64,000 bases of DNA from Bacilli bacterium (GCA_024408655.1 JAKSUV010000004.1:7112-71111); one strand, 5' to 3'; shown: positions 36,695 through 44,952, counted from the stretch's first letter. Notes: a model not told the origin generated them from the letters alone. Numbers and translations are program-made.

Positions 36695-39142
36695 TTAAGT
36701 TTTCTTGAGCATTTTTATTAGCCAAGAAGTAGAAATCTTGCTCGCTTTTTCAGAAAACGTTTTAAAATCGATTCCGCTATTACCATCAGCCGTATCGGAA
36801 ATACTTCTAATAATACAAAAAGGTGTTCCGTTTTGTAGACAAACCTGGCCAATTGCCGCGCCTTCCATTTCCGCGCATAAAGCACCTGGAAAGTTTTTCA
36901 GGATGTCATTTCTTTGCTTCATAGTGGAAACAAATTGATCACCGGAAACAATAATTCCTCTTTTTACATTAATTCCATCAGCCTTAGCCGACATAATTTT
37001 ATCCGCTAATAATTTGTTGGCTCTCATTTCAACTGCACCAAGGGCGTCAATATAACCAAGTGGTAAACCAATCTTGCGTAAATCTAAGTCCCATTCAATT
37101 ACCGAATCAGAAATGACCACATCGCCAACTTTTAAGTTTGGATCAAGCGCACCAGCGCAGCCGGTGTTAATAATATAATCCGGATGATAACCATCAATCA
37201 TTGCTTGGGCACAAATACCAGCGGAGACCTTACCCATCCCACACTGCATAATAATTACTTCGTTATTACCTAATATTCCGGTATAGGCTGGTTTATTTAG
37301 TAAGGTAATCTTTTTCACATTCGAAAGTTCGGCCCGGAATAAATCTTCTTCGTATTTTAAAGCGGCAATGATTCCATAACGGATTCTTCGCGCGTCGGCT
37401 TTTTTGTTTTCGTGGATTAAACTCGGGAGAACAAGCTTACCACAAGTTAAATCATCGTTATCTTCTTCGTGCGTATCTTCAAACACGATGACATCCCAGC
37501 CGTTTTTAATAAAATCTTGTTCGAGTTTTTTAATTAAGGAAGTTTTCATAGTGCTAAAGCCATTGTCCACGGCGTTATAGGTGGTATAAATCGGCGTAAG
37601 CTTAATCATGAATTTTTGTTTATCAAATAATTTATTAATTTTTGCGATGTCGATGGTTAAAGTGTCACCAACGGCAAAAGATAGGGCATATTTCATACCC
37701 TTTGGGAGGGGCATTTTCTTAGCAATCTCGGCAATATCTTCAAGCGGTAAAGAGCGATCAGCCATTAAGAGGCTTCTTATCTTATTATCGGTAGTGTGAA
37801 TACTAAATTGTAATAAGGCTTGACCATTATAGACTTCATTTTTAATTCGACAATATTCAAGAATAAAGCGCTCAACTTTAACCTTATTTCTTGGCAACAT
37901 CGTTGAGACATTCGGCACAATTTGCTCAACATCGATTTTATTCGTGATGATTTTTCTTAAATCATATTCGATAAAATTAAGTAATTCATCGTTCATGGTC
38001 GGTTCACCCATGCGCATGAAGTTGATTTCAAAGTATTTCGTGTGCGAGAGGTAGTGGGTGTCTAAGATTACGTTTAATTGATAGGCGAATTCTTCGCTAG
38101 TGACGTTACCATGTAAACCAAGCCCTGGACAATCACAAAAGGCACAGGCCATATTACAGCCTTTTTGACAAGACAAAAGGACATACCACCCACGCTCATA
38201 ATTAATTTTCGTTAGTTCGTTACGACCTTGGTAGCCTAAGAAATCCGCTTTCCGAATATGTTCTGGGTAATCGCCCGGATATGAGACGAATTCAATGTAT
38301 TTTTTACTGTCGACATAAATTGTTCCGTGGCTTCGACTAATGATTTTTAGTCCCGCGTTTTTCTTAATGATATTGTGACGAGTCATCATCGCAATGATTG
38401 AAAGAAGCAAAATTGAATTGGTCGTAATGATTGTTACTCGATAAATGATCTGCCAGATTTTTGGTGTTTCTTCATTTTGGTGGAGTAAATAAACAACTAG
38501 AATATCTAGACCAAAAATTAGTAACTGCACTAACGAGGAAATGAGGATGATCATTTCGTTACCGGATAGTTTCCGTTTTCCTTTATGGAGGAAGCGCGAA
38601 TACATGTGATCTAATAGAACCATTAACGGTAGGCCAAACGCTAGACACATGACAAAGTCATTAAGTCCGGCAAATAACGCTGTTTCCCATAACCCTGATC
38701 CGGAGGCATAGAGTTGAATTAAACCAACGGCGATACCAATCGGGATAGCGTTAAAGGCCATTAAAAGGACATAAGCAATCACTTTATATGGCGAATCTAA
38801 GCGTGTCCGCATTGAGATGGTTTTTACTAATAATTTCCAAATGTAGTAGGGCAATAATCCATAGATTAGTTGTGGTATAAACCCCATCAATGCCACGATA
38901 ATTCCATAGCCAGAAACTAAATCAGAAAAAAAGTTGGCGAACGCACAACTAATTGCCGCGGGCCAACCATACGCCAAGCCTAAAACCGGGTTAAGAGCAG
39001 CGGATGGTCTTACATCAGAGACCATGTACGCGGGCAAAGTTTTGTTAAACGTTATCGTAATGGCAAAAAAGAGAATAAAAGTCGTTAAAAACACGATGAT
39101 ATTCTTTTTACTAAAGATTTTTTTGAATAGTTTTTCCATCAT
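36695..39142 (-). CDS. Tri-domain fusion: polytopic ECF-S-like membrane domain + RlmN/Cfr-like radical-SAM domain + MTA/SAH (5'-deoxyadenosine) nucleosidase domain
   Basis: Residues 1-258 hold about 6-7 TM helices (VRPSAALNPVLGLAYGWPAA...FFSDLVSGYG). Residues ~270-575 carry CNMACAFC (CX3CX2C, nt 38135-38158), NFMRMGEPTMND, LLQFSIHTTDNKIR and DDLTCGKL, all RlmN/Cfr-like. Residues ~586-815 carry GIIAALKYEED, CGMGKVSAG, CAEMEGAA and IRSISDTAD, matching MtnN/Pfs catalytic motifs. Confidence 0.8.
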   Translation of the reverse strand: MMEKLFKKIFSKKNIIVFLTTFILFFAITITFNKTLPAYMVSDVRPSAALNPVLGLAYGWPAAISCAFANFFSDLVSGYGIIVALMGFIPQLIYGLLPYYIWKLLVKTISMRTRLDSPYKVIAYVLLMAFNAIPIGIAVGLIQLYASGSGLWETALFAGLNDFVMCLAFGLPLMVLLDHMYSRFLHKGKRKLSGNEMIILISSLVQLLIFGLDILVVYLLHQNEETPKIWQIIYRVTIITTNSILLLSIIAMMTRHNIIKKNAGLKIISRSHGTIYVDSKKYIEFVSYPGDYPEHIRKADFLGYQGRNELTKINYERGWYVLLSCQKGCNMACAFCDCPGLGLHGNVTSEEFAYQLNVILDTHYLSHTKYFEINFMRMGEPTMNDELLNFIEYDLRKIITNKIDVEQIVPNVSTMLPRNKVKVERFILEYCRIKNEVYNGQALLQFSIHTTDNKIRSLLMADRSLPLEDIAEIAKKMPLPKGMKYALSFAVGDTLTIDIAKINKLFDKQKFMIKLTPIYTTYNAVDNGFSTMKTSLIKKLEQDFIKNGWDVIVFEDTHEEDNDDLTCGKLVLPSLIHENKKADARRIRYGIIAALKYEEDLFRAELSNVKKITLLNKPAYTGILGNNEVIIMQCGMGKVSAGICAQAMIDGYHPDYIINTGCAGALDPNLKVGDVVISDSVIEWDLDLRKIGLPLGYIDALGAVEMRANKLLADKIMSAKADGINVKRGIIVSGDQFVSTMKQRNDILKNFPGALCAEMEGAAIGQVCLQNGTPFCIIRSISDTADGNSGIDFKTFSEKASKISTSWLIKMLKKT

Positions 39143-39276
39143 TTTCGCTCAACGATAATATTATAATATTATATCCGCACCTAATGTTAAAAATGAGCAT
39201 AGATTTTTATTATTAGACTCGATTAGAGGCGAACTAGTCATAAAATGGATTATGATTGTTGTTATTTTGGACAAAC

Positions 39277-39298
39277 CGATTGATATAAATATCAATTG
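39277..39298. promoter_or_regulatory. 22-bp near-perfect palindrome in the divergent intergenic region (candidate operator)
   Basis: cgattgatataaatatcaattg has core TTGATAT-aa-ATATCAA, 20 of 22 positions symmetric. It lies between the fusion gene (-) and the membrane-protein gene (+). Confidence 0.45.
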
Positions 39299-39361
39299 AA
39301 ATTTTCGATTATTTTCTTATAATTATTAATGGATTTAATCCAAATAATAAGGAGAAAATAT

Positions 39362-39904
39362 ATGGAATTAAAAATTAGTTATAAGAAGTTAGCTAACATT
39401 TTATTAGGTCTAGGGTGTTTGCTAACGATTTGTAGTATTTTTTGCTTTTTTGGCGCCGGTTTTAATGAAATAGTTAAGATCGAATCGGAATTTTTGCCTT
39501 TGCCTACATTTACTGTTGTTGGCCCTTCTATGTTTTCATTAATGTTTGGTGGCGTTTGGGTCGATGCGTTTGAGACTCATTTCGACGCTTATGCGGGATT
39601 AACCGCGCTCTTTGTTATTGCGATGATAGCTTTAGCCATCGCTCTTGTTATCATCATTGGGATTGTTTCAAAGAAGATTAATCAAAATGCAATAAGTTTA
39701 ATTGCTATTATTATGTGTGCCGTTATTCTTGTTGCCGTCATTATGTCATTCTGCACGCTTAAATTATTAAACAATCTTGATGAACTAGAAATTGAAGGCG
39801 GCGTTATTAAATTAGGATCAGGCGCAATTAGCTATTCAGTGTTAGGTCTTATCGCTTTATTATCTAGTGTCGGCGGCGTTATTCTTAGCAAGAAAGCTGC
39901 TTAA
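39362..39904 (+). CDS. Hypothetical polytopic membrane protein (180 aa)
   Basis: Four or more hydrophobic helices. I preferred ATG 39362, which has a strong SD (aaggag), over the in-frame ATG 39329, which sits 5 nt after a TATAAT box. Confidence 0.6.
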   Translation: MELKISYKKLANILLGLGCLLTICSIFCFFGAGFNEIVKIESEFLPLPTFTVVGPSMFSLMFGGVWVDAFETHFDAYAGLTALFVIAMIALAIALVIIIGIVSKKINQNAISLIAIIMCAVILVAVIMSFCTLKLLNNLDELEIEGGVIKLGSGAISYSVLGLIALLSSVGGVILSKKAA

Positions 39905-39930
39905 TTATCTTTCTAATTATTATTAATTAA

Positions 39931-39960
39931 ATAGGAAGGATTTCCCTTCCTATTTTTTTT
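39931..39960 (+). terminator. Intrinsic terminator
   Basis: 9-bp stem ataggaagg/ccttcctat, a 5-nt loop, then a T8 run. Confidence 0.7.
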
Positions 39961-39999
39961 AAAAACATTATGCATTAGTAAAAGACTATAGTAAATAGT

Positions 40000-40797
40000 T
40001 TACTTTTTACTCTTGGGTTTACTTTCTTTTTCTTTTACTGCCGTTTTTACTTTCGGTAATAAACGAGCGATACCAAAGTCATAAACAATCGCACCAAGAA
40101 CTGCACCAACGGCAGGCACAAATAGATAAAGAAGAGCTTGGCAATCGGGACCAAAGACTAAGCTTAGATCAGCGCCATGCGCGGCACCCCAAATTAAAGC
40201 GAATAAACGAGGGCCAAAGTCGCGTGTCCAATTAAAGCAAGCACCGCTATAGGGACCAGCAATTGTGACCGCAAAGGTGATATAAAGCGCTAAAACTAGT
40301 GGGAAGAGCGCCCGGCTTGGTTTATTAACGATTCTCTCATCGTTACTAGCAATGACAACGATAATTAAGAAAGCGGTAAAGATGAGTTCAAGCGGGATCG
40401 CGGCAAACCATTGGCCGGTATTGTAGTTACAATATAATAATTGGACAGCATCGTTAACAGCCATCTTACTGATGACGTTATAAAAGACGCCATACACCAT
40501 CGCAGCTCCGCAGAACCAACCAACGAGTTGAGCGCCAATATAAGGAAGTAAGGTCTTTTTATCTTGGCGTTTAGTTATCACCATTGCAAGGGTAATGCCC
40601 GGATTAAATTGCGCACCACTTACAGGAGCAAAGATTAAAACCGTAAAGGCAATGGCTAAGCCAAATAGCATCGAGAATTCGTATTGATCGATTAGATGCT
40701 CTTGGGGACTAAGCAAGACTAAGCAACTTAGACCAAAGAAGCCGACTAAAAGCGAACAAAGAAATTCGCTGATACATTGTTTTTTAATTGAGACCAT
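40000..40797 (-). CDS. MIP/aquaglyceroporin-family channel with non-canonical NPA boxes (NPG and NWT)
   Basis: The overall GlpF-like pattern is SGAQFNPGITLA ... GACFNWTRDFGPR. Codons AAT CCG GGC at 40605-40597 and AAT TGG ACA at 40233-40225 were read directly from the DNA. Confidence 0.85.
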   Translation of the reverse strand: MVSIKKQCISEFLCSLLVGFFGLSCLVLLSPQEHLIDQYEFSMLFGLAIAFTVLIFAPVSGAQFNPGITLAMVITKRQDKKTLLPYIGAQLVGWFCGAAMVYGVFYNVISKMAVNDAVQLLYCNYNTGQWFAAIPLELIFTAFLIIVVIASNDERIVNKPSRALFPLVLALYITFAVTIAGPYSGACFNWTRDFGPRLFALIWGAAHGADLSLVFGPDCQALLYLFVPAVGAVLGAIVYDFGIARLLPKVKTAVKEKESKPKSKK

Positions 40798-40860
40798 AGA
40801 TTTACCTCGCTAATAATATAGTAAAGTCTTCGCCACAATAACTCAAGATAAGTTATAATA

Positions 40861-41286
40861 ATGGTCGTGAAACGAGAAATAATCTTACGAAACATTTTAT
40901 TTACCTTCGGTGTCATCTTGGCCTTAGTTTCAAGTACCGTTTTAGTTTTAGAAATTATTCATTTAGTCCAAGGTCCAATCATTGAAGAAACTTCTTACTT
41001 AGTTTTACAATTTGCGACCGTTATCTTTAAACTTATTCTTTCTCTTTACGCCATTTATGGCCTTCGGCGGATTGATGAAGTCATCAATCCTTTATTTACT
41101 TTTACCATCCTTTATATGGTATTCGTCACTTTCCAAACGATTTCGTTTGTGGGTAATGGTGGATTAGCGCATTTATTAGAGCCAACGAGTCTTAACGCGA
41201 TTCTTGACTTAGTAGTGGCGATTATCTTCTTTGCCATTACCTTAACCTTTAAGATTGATGATTGGCGGAGTAGTGATAAGGAGTAA
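40861..41286 (+). CDS. Hypothetical small membrane protein (4 TM)
   Basis: Hydrophobic ORF. TATAAT at 40854-40859 abuts the ATG, so the true start may be the GTG at 40867. Confidence 0.5.
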   Translation: MVVKREIILRNILFTFGVILALVSSTVLVLEIIHLVQGPIIEETSYLVLQFATVIFKLILSLYAIYGLRRIDEVINPLFTFTILYMVFVTFQTISFVGNGGLAHLLEPTSLNAILDLVVAIIFFAITLTFKIDDWRSSDKE

Positions 41287-41291
41287 TAGGT

Positions 41292-42197
41292 ATGCAAAAA
41301 GCGATTTGTCCAAAATGTCAGAGTGTTATTAGTATTGATGAAAAGATGACCGCATTTACTTGCCCTAATTGTCACGAACAAGTCTTTACTGATTCCGCGC
41401 TTAAACATTTAGCGAAAACCACTAACGCTTATAAAAGACGGGGTGAAATTGCCTTACTTGGATCAAGTGATTATCCGAAAGCGTTTACCATTTATTCTTC
41501 GCTTGCGAAGATTGTCCCTGAAGACTTAACGGTTTTATTAAGCGTCGCGATTAGTAAACTTTATTGCACGAATCTACACGAGATTCATATTAAAGAGGCC
41601 ACCGATTTATTGCTTAAGGGCAGTGATAAAGTAGAGATTGGCGAGAAAAACGCGAGTGTCTTAGGCGAATATTTAATGCGGATTCGTGAAGATATTAATA
41701 AAGCGATCGAAGCTTTTAAAGCGCATGCGCATGAATCTAATTATGCGCTTAATCTATATAAGACCGCTCTTAAAGAATATTTAGATTATCTACAAGCGGA
41801 TTTATCAATTTATGAAGCGCTTAGTAAATATCGTCCTTCTTTCCTAGAGAATGACAAAGTCATTAATGAAGAGATAAAGCGAGTGAATGATTTATTAAAA
41901 GAAAAGATTACGGTCAAAAACGCTAGTAATGATAAGCACGATTTTTATAACGCGAAAGGCGAAGTCATCGTCGATATTTATCCTAACACCAAAAAGCTTT
42001 ACAAGATTCGGATGTATTTATATGGGGTGGTTGGTTTAGGCATAATCTTATCGATAATTGGACTTATCTTATTAAGTATTAAAGACATGAATCCATTAGC
42101 GACTTATCTTGTCTTAGGGATTGGTTTAACCTTCTTTATTGGTGGTTACTTTGTCGGTCACCATTTACGTAGTAAAAATTACCACTTAAATTATTAA
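41292..42197 (+). CDS. Zinc-ribbon protein with helical middle region and C-terminal TM pair
   Basis: CPKCQSV...FTCPNCHEQV (CxxC-N17-CxxC) at the N-terminus. Two TM helices near the C-terminus (LYGVVGLGIILSIIGLILL, LVLGIGLTFFIGGYFVG). Confidence 0.6.
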   Translation: MQKAICPKCQSVISIDEKMTAFTCPNCHEQVFTDSALKHLAKTTNAYKRRGEIALLGSSDYPKAFTIYSSLAKIVPEDLTVLLSVAISKLYCTNLHEIHIKEATDLLLKGSDKVEIGEKNASVLGEYLMRIREDINKAIEAFKAHAHESNYALNLYKTALKEYLDYLQADLSIYEALSKYRPSFLENDKVINEEIKRVNDLLKEKITVKNASNDKHDFYNAKGEVIVDIYPNTKKLYKIRMYLYGVVGLGIILSIIGLILLSIKDMNPLATYLVLGIGLTFFIGGYFVGHHLRSKNYHLNY

Positions 42198-42793
42198 ATT
42201 AAGTTATTAACTTTTAAAGTTGTCACTAATTTTTTACACGCTTTCGCGCGGTGGGAGATTTCGTTTTTGCGTTTACTTCCTAAATGAAAGAAAGTTTTAC
42301 CATCGCTTTTAGCGATAAAGATGGGATCATAACCAAAGCCGACTTCTTTAACATCATAGTCTCTAGCGATACTACCTTCAGCAATACCTTCAAAGACTAA
42401 AGGAGTTTTCGCAAGATTCACTAACACAATCACACAATGAAAGGTCGCAGAGCGATCTTTCCCTTTAAGCATCTCAATAATTTTTTGGTTGGCTTTGACT
42501 TGATTCCCGCATTCAGTTACAAAGCGTGCTGTCTTTAAACCAGGAAAACCTTTGTAGGCTTTTAAACATAAACCAGAGTCATCCGCCATAACGGGCATAT
42601 TAACAATTTTGGCGGCCGCCAACGCTTTGATCGTTGCGTTTTCCTCAAAAGTCTTCCCGTTCTCTTTGACTTCTGGTAGCGCTAAATTAAGATCTTTAAA
42701 CGAATATAAAGTAATGCCGTGTTTACTAAGTAAAGTGCGGTATTCTTCGACTTTATGTTGGTTGCTTGTCGCTAAAACAATTTCAAAATTCAT
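42194..42793 (-). CDS. rdgB: RdgB/HAM1-family non-canonical purine NTP pyrophosphatase
   Basis: VLATSNQHKVEEY, DDSGLCL...GFPG and GFGYDPIF. Confidence 0.87.
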   Translation of the reverse strand: MNFEIVLATSNQHKVEEYRTLLSKHGITLYSFKDLNLALPEVKENGKTFEENATIKALAAAKIVNMPVMADDSGLCLKAYKGFPGLKTARFVTECGNQVKANQKIIEMLKGKDRSATFHCVIVLVNLAKTPLVFEGIAEGSIARDYDVKEVGFGYDPIFIAKSDGKTFFHLGSKRKNEISHRAKACKKLVTTLKVNNLI

Positions 42794-42797
42794 GAGT

Positions 42798-42871
42798 TGG
42801 AGCAGGTGGCGAGAATCGAACTCGTGTAATCAGCTTGGAAGGCTGATGTTCTACCATTGAACTACACCTGC
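42798..42871 (-). tRNA. tRNA-Gly (anticodon UCC)
   Basis: The reverse complement GCAGGTGTAGTTCAATGGTAGAACATCAGCCTTCCAAGCTGATTACACGAGTTCGATTCTCGCCACCTGCTCCA folds as a 74-nt cloverleaf. Anticodon loop CTTCCAA, discriminator U and encoded CCA. There is one A-C mismatch at the base of the T stem. Confidence 0.85.
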
Positions 42872-42894
42872 AGCAGGTTTTATCTTACCACAAA

Positions 42895-43197
42895 TTAATT
42901 AACGAATTTAGCTAATTGTGGGTAATCCATGTAACCAATCGCGGTCCGGGTAATTGAACCGTTTTGAAAAAGGATGAAAGTGGGGACACTAGTGATGTGA
43001 TACATCGCGGCGGCAATATGAAATTTATCAATATTAATTTTTAAGATTGTTAAGTGGGGGCATTCTTTAGCAAGTTTTTTTAGATGTGGATCAATCTTTT
43101 TACAAGGCTCGCACCAATCCGCGTAAAAATCGACCAAGACTTCCTTTTCTAGCTTAAGCATATTGAATTGTTGTCGGCTCTTATATTCGTAAATCAT
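42895..43197 (-). CDS. Thioredoxin-family protein (WCEPC active site)
   Basis: DFYADWCEPCKK redox motif in a 100-aa thioredoxin-sized protein. Confidence 0.8.
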   Translation of the reverse strand: MIYEYKSRQQFNMLKLEKEVLVDFYADWCEPCKKIDPHLKKLAKECPHLTILKINIDKFHIAAAMYHITSVPTFILFQNGSITRTAIGYMDYPQLAKFVN

Positions 43198-43200
43198 AAA

Positions 43201-44121
43201 TTAGAGTCCGGGTAGATAGCCAAATCCTAAGAAGAATCCTAACACTATAATCCCTAAGTGAATTGGGTAATAGAGATAGAAGCTTAACTGTAGGTATTTG
43301 TTTTTATACCCCCTCTTACCATTATAAAGAAGAATTGGGATAATTGCGAATAAAACGTACGATTGAATTGGCATGGAATAAATGTCGAAGTGGTAATTAA
43401 TAATACTAAGGAGCCAAAAGAAAAGCGTTAACAGCAAAAGATAAACCGCCCAAAGGATATTACTCACACTTCGATAATAGCTAGATGAACGTAGTTCCGC
43501 TAGCGGTCGTTCGTTTTTATGATCTTTCGCGACACTTAATACATAATAGTCGCTCACTTGGTATAAGAAATAGAAACCAACCATCATTAAGAAACCGTAT
43601 AAATCATATTGGGGACGTAAGAAAGTGGGCCACCATAAAACATCCGCTTCGTTAAAACTACCAACTAGATTGGCGGTAAAGCCCATAATGACAACGATTA
43701 AAGGAATGATTGCTAATACACTCTTCTTATCTTTTCGTTCGATGAGTAAGATAAAACTCGCAGCGCAAACAAAACTTAAGAAAATATTATCGAAGTTAAT
43801 ATGCCAAACAAAATACATGATGACTTCGGGGATCATAATAATCATGGTCATTAAGCCCATCTTCGCTAAATATTTTTCTTTATCGTGACTATGACGCATC
43901 GCTTCCGCAAACAAAAGGGCGAATAAGGGTAAGGCTAAGCGACCAATACAACAAAAGATATGACCAGTAAGACTAAGGGGACTAGTAAAGAAAGCGGGAT
44001 CATCAACCGTTAAGCCGCTATAAGTCATTAAAAGTAGACCGATATGGTCTAAGCTCATCGTGAAAGCGGCAATAATTTTTAACGCTAAGCTATTAAGTAA
44101 ATGGAAGTTTCTCTTTTTCAT
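43201..44121 (-). CDS. TraX-family membrane protein
   Basis: ALKIIAAFTMSLDHIGLLL N-terminal signature, polytopic. Confidence 0.7.
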   Translation of the reverse strand: MKKRNFHLLNSLALKIIAAFTMSLDHIGLLLMTYSGLTVDDPAFFTSPLSLTGHIFCCIGRLALPLFALLFAEAMRHSHDKEKYLAKMGLMTMIIMIPEVIMYFVWHINFDNIFLSFVCAASFILLIERKDKKSVLAIIPLIVVIMGFTANLVGSFNEADVLWWPTFLRPQYDLYGFLMMVGFYFLYQVSDYYVLSVAKDHKNERPLAELRSSSYYRSVSNILWAVYLLLLTLFFWLLSIINYHFDIYSMPIQSYVLFAIIPILLYNGKRGYKNKYLQLSFYLYYPIHLGIIVLGFFLGFGYLPGL

Positions 44122-44948
44122 TGAATAGTTAAAGCTAAAGCGAAAGTCACGAGGTTTACGAGTACGTGAGCATACACCGAAGCACTAAAGCCTTCGTGTT
44201 CATATAAATAGCAATATAAGAAAGCAGGGACAAGATGAATCGGAATGTTTAAACATTCGTTAATCGGATTAGAACCCATAAACTGAACCCGGATTAAGGT
44301 ATAAACAAGGATCGGAGCGATATAGGCGAAAATCCGGTTCCGTTTTCTAACGACCGTAAATAAACCTAAGCGGTAAGTAAATTCTTCGGCGATGGGTTCA
44401 AAAAGCGCAAAGATAAAGAAAGCCATAATCGGTTGATTACGAATGATAGCAAGAATCATTGTACGGTTACTATCTGGGACAAAGCCAACATTAGCGGCGA
44501 GTAAAATACCTTGATAGGCAAAACAAAAACCGATTGTGACTGCACAACCAATGAGTCCGGCAATAATCGTCCGCCACTTCCGGGCGCCTTGGATAATTAA
44601 GCCAAAGTCAGTCCAAAGGATTGATAGGGTAATTCCATAGACAACGCCATACGCGACAAGGTTTTGGATCGCGGACTTTAAGATATCATCAAACCGTAGG
44701 GTTGATAAACCGAGTTGCATTAGATAAGAAAATAAGAAATAGCCAAAGAAACCAGCGACAAATAAAACGACTTCTTTATAGTCGCTTAAAAAAATCATTC
44801 GTTCAAACCGGGGCTCTAAAGGAAAAGTTTTATTGCGGGCATTACAGGTTGGACAGTTACTTAAAAAAGCATCATATTCGTTTCGGCATTCTGGACATTT
44901 ATGAAACTTTTTCACGGAAAATATTATAACATATAATAAGAAGTGCAA
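44118..44948 (-). CDS. CPBP-family intramembrane glutamic protease (CAAX/Abi type) with N-terminal zinc ribbon
   Basis: CPECRN...CPTCNARN ribbon and EPIAEEFTYRLGLF (EExxxR motif). A 4-nt overlap with traX. The alternative start GTG 44915 would remove the hydrophobic leader that overlaps a TATAAT-like box. Confidence 0.72.
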   Translation of the reverse strand: MHFLLYVIIFSVKKFHKCPECRNEYDAFLSNCPTCNARNKTFPLEPRFERMIFLSDYKEVVLFVAGFFGYFLFSYLMQLGLSTLRFDDILKSAIQNLVAYGVVYGITLSILWTDFGLIIQGARKWRTIIAGLIGCAVTIGFCFAYQGILLAANVGFVPDSNRTMILAIIRNQPIMAFFIFALFEPIAEEFTYRLGLFTVVRKRNRIFAYIAPILVYTLIRVQFMGSNPINECLNIPIHLVPAFLYCYLYEHEGFSASVYAHVLVNLVTFALALTIQ

Positions 44949-44952
44949 TTTG

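Noticed and set aside
39143-39361. Possible riboswitch (SAM or preQ1 type) in the leader of the radical-SAM fusion gene or the divergent membrane gene.
   Set aside because: I could not identify any conserved riboswitch core, such as a SAM-I kink-turn/GA motif or a preQ1 hairpin with A-rich tail. The leaders appear short, and only a DNA-level palindrome is evident.
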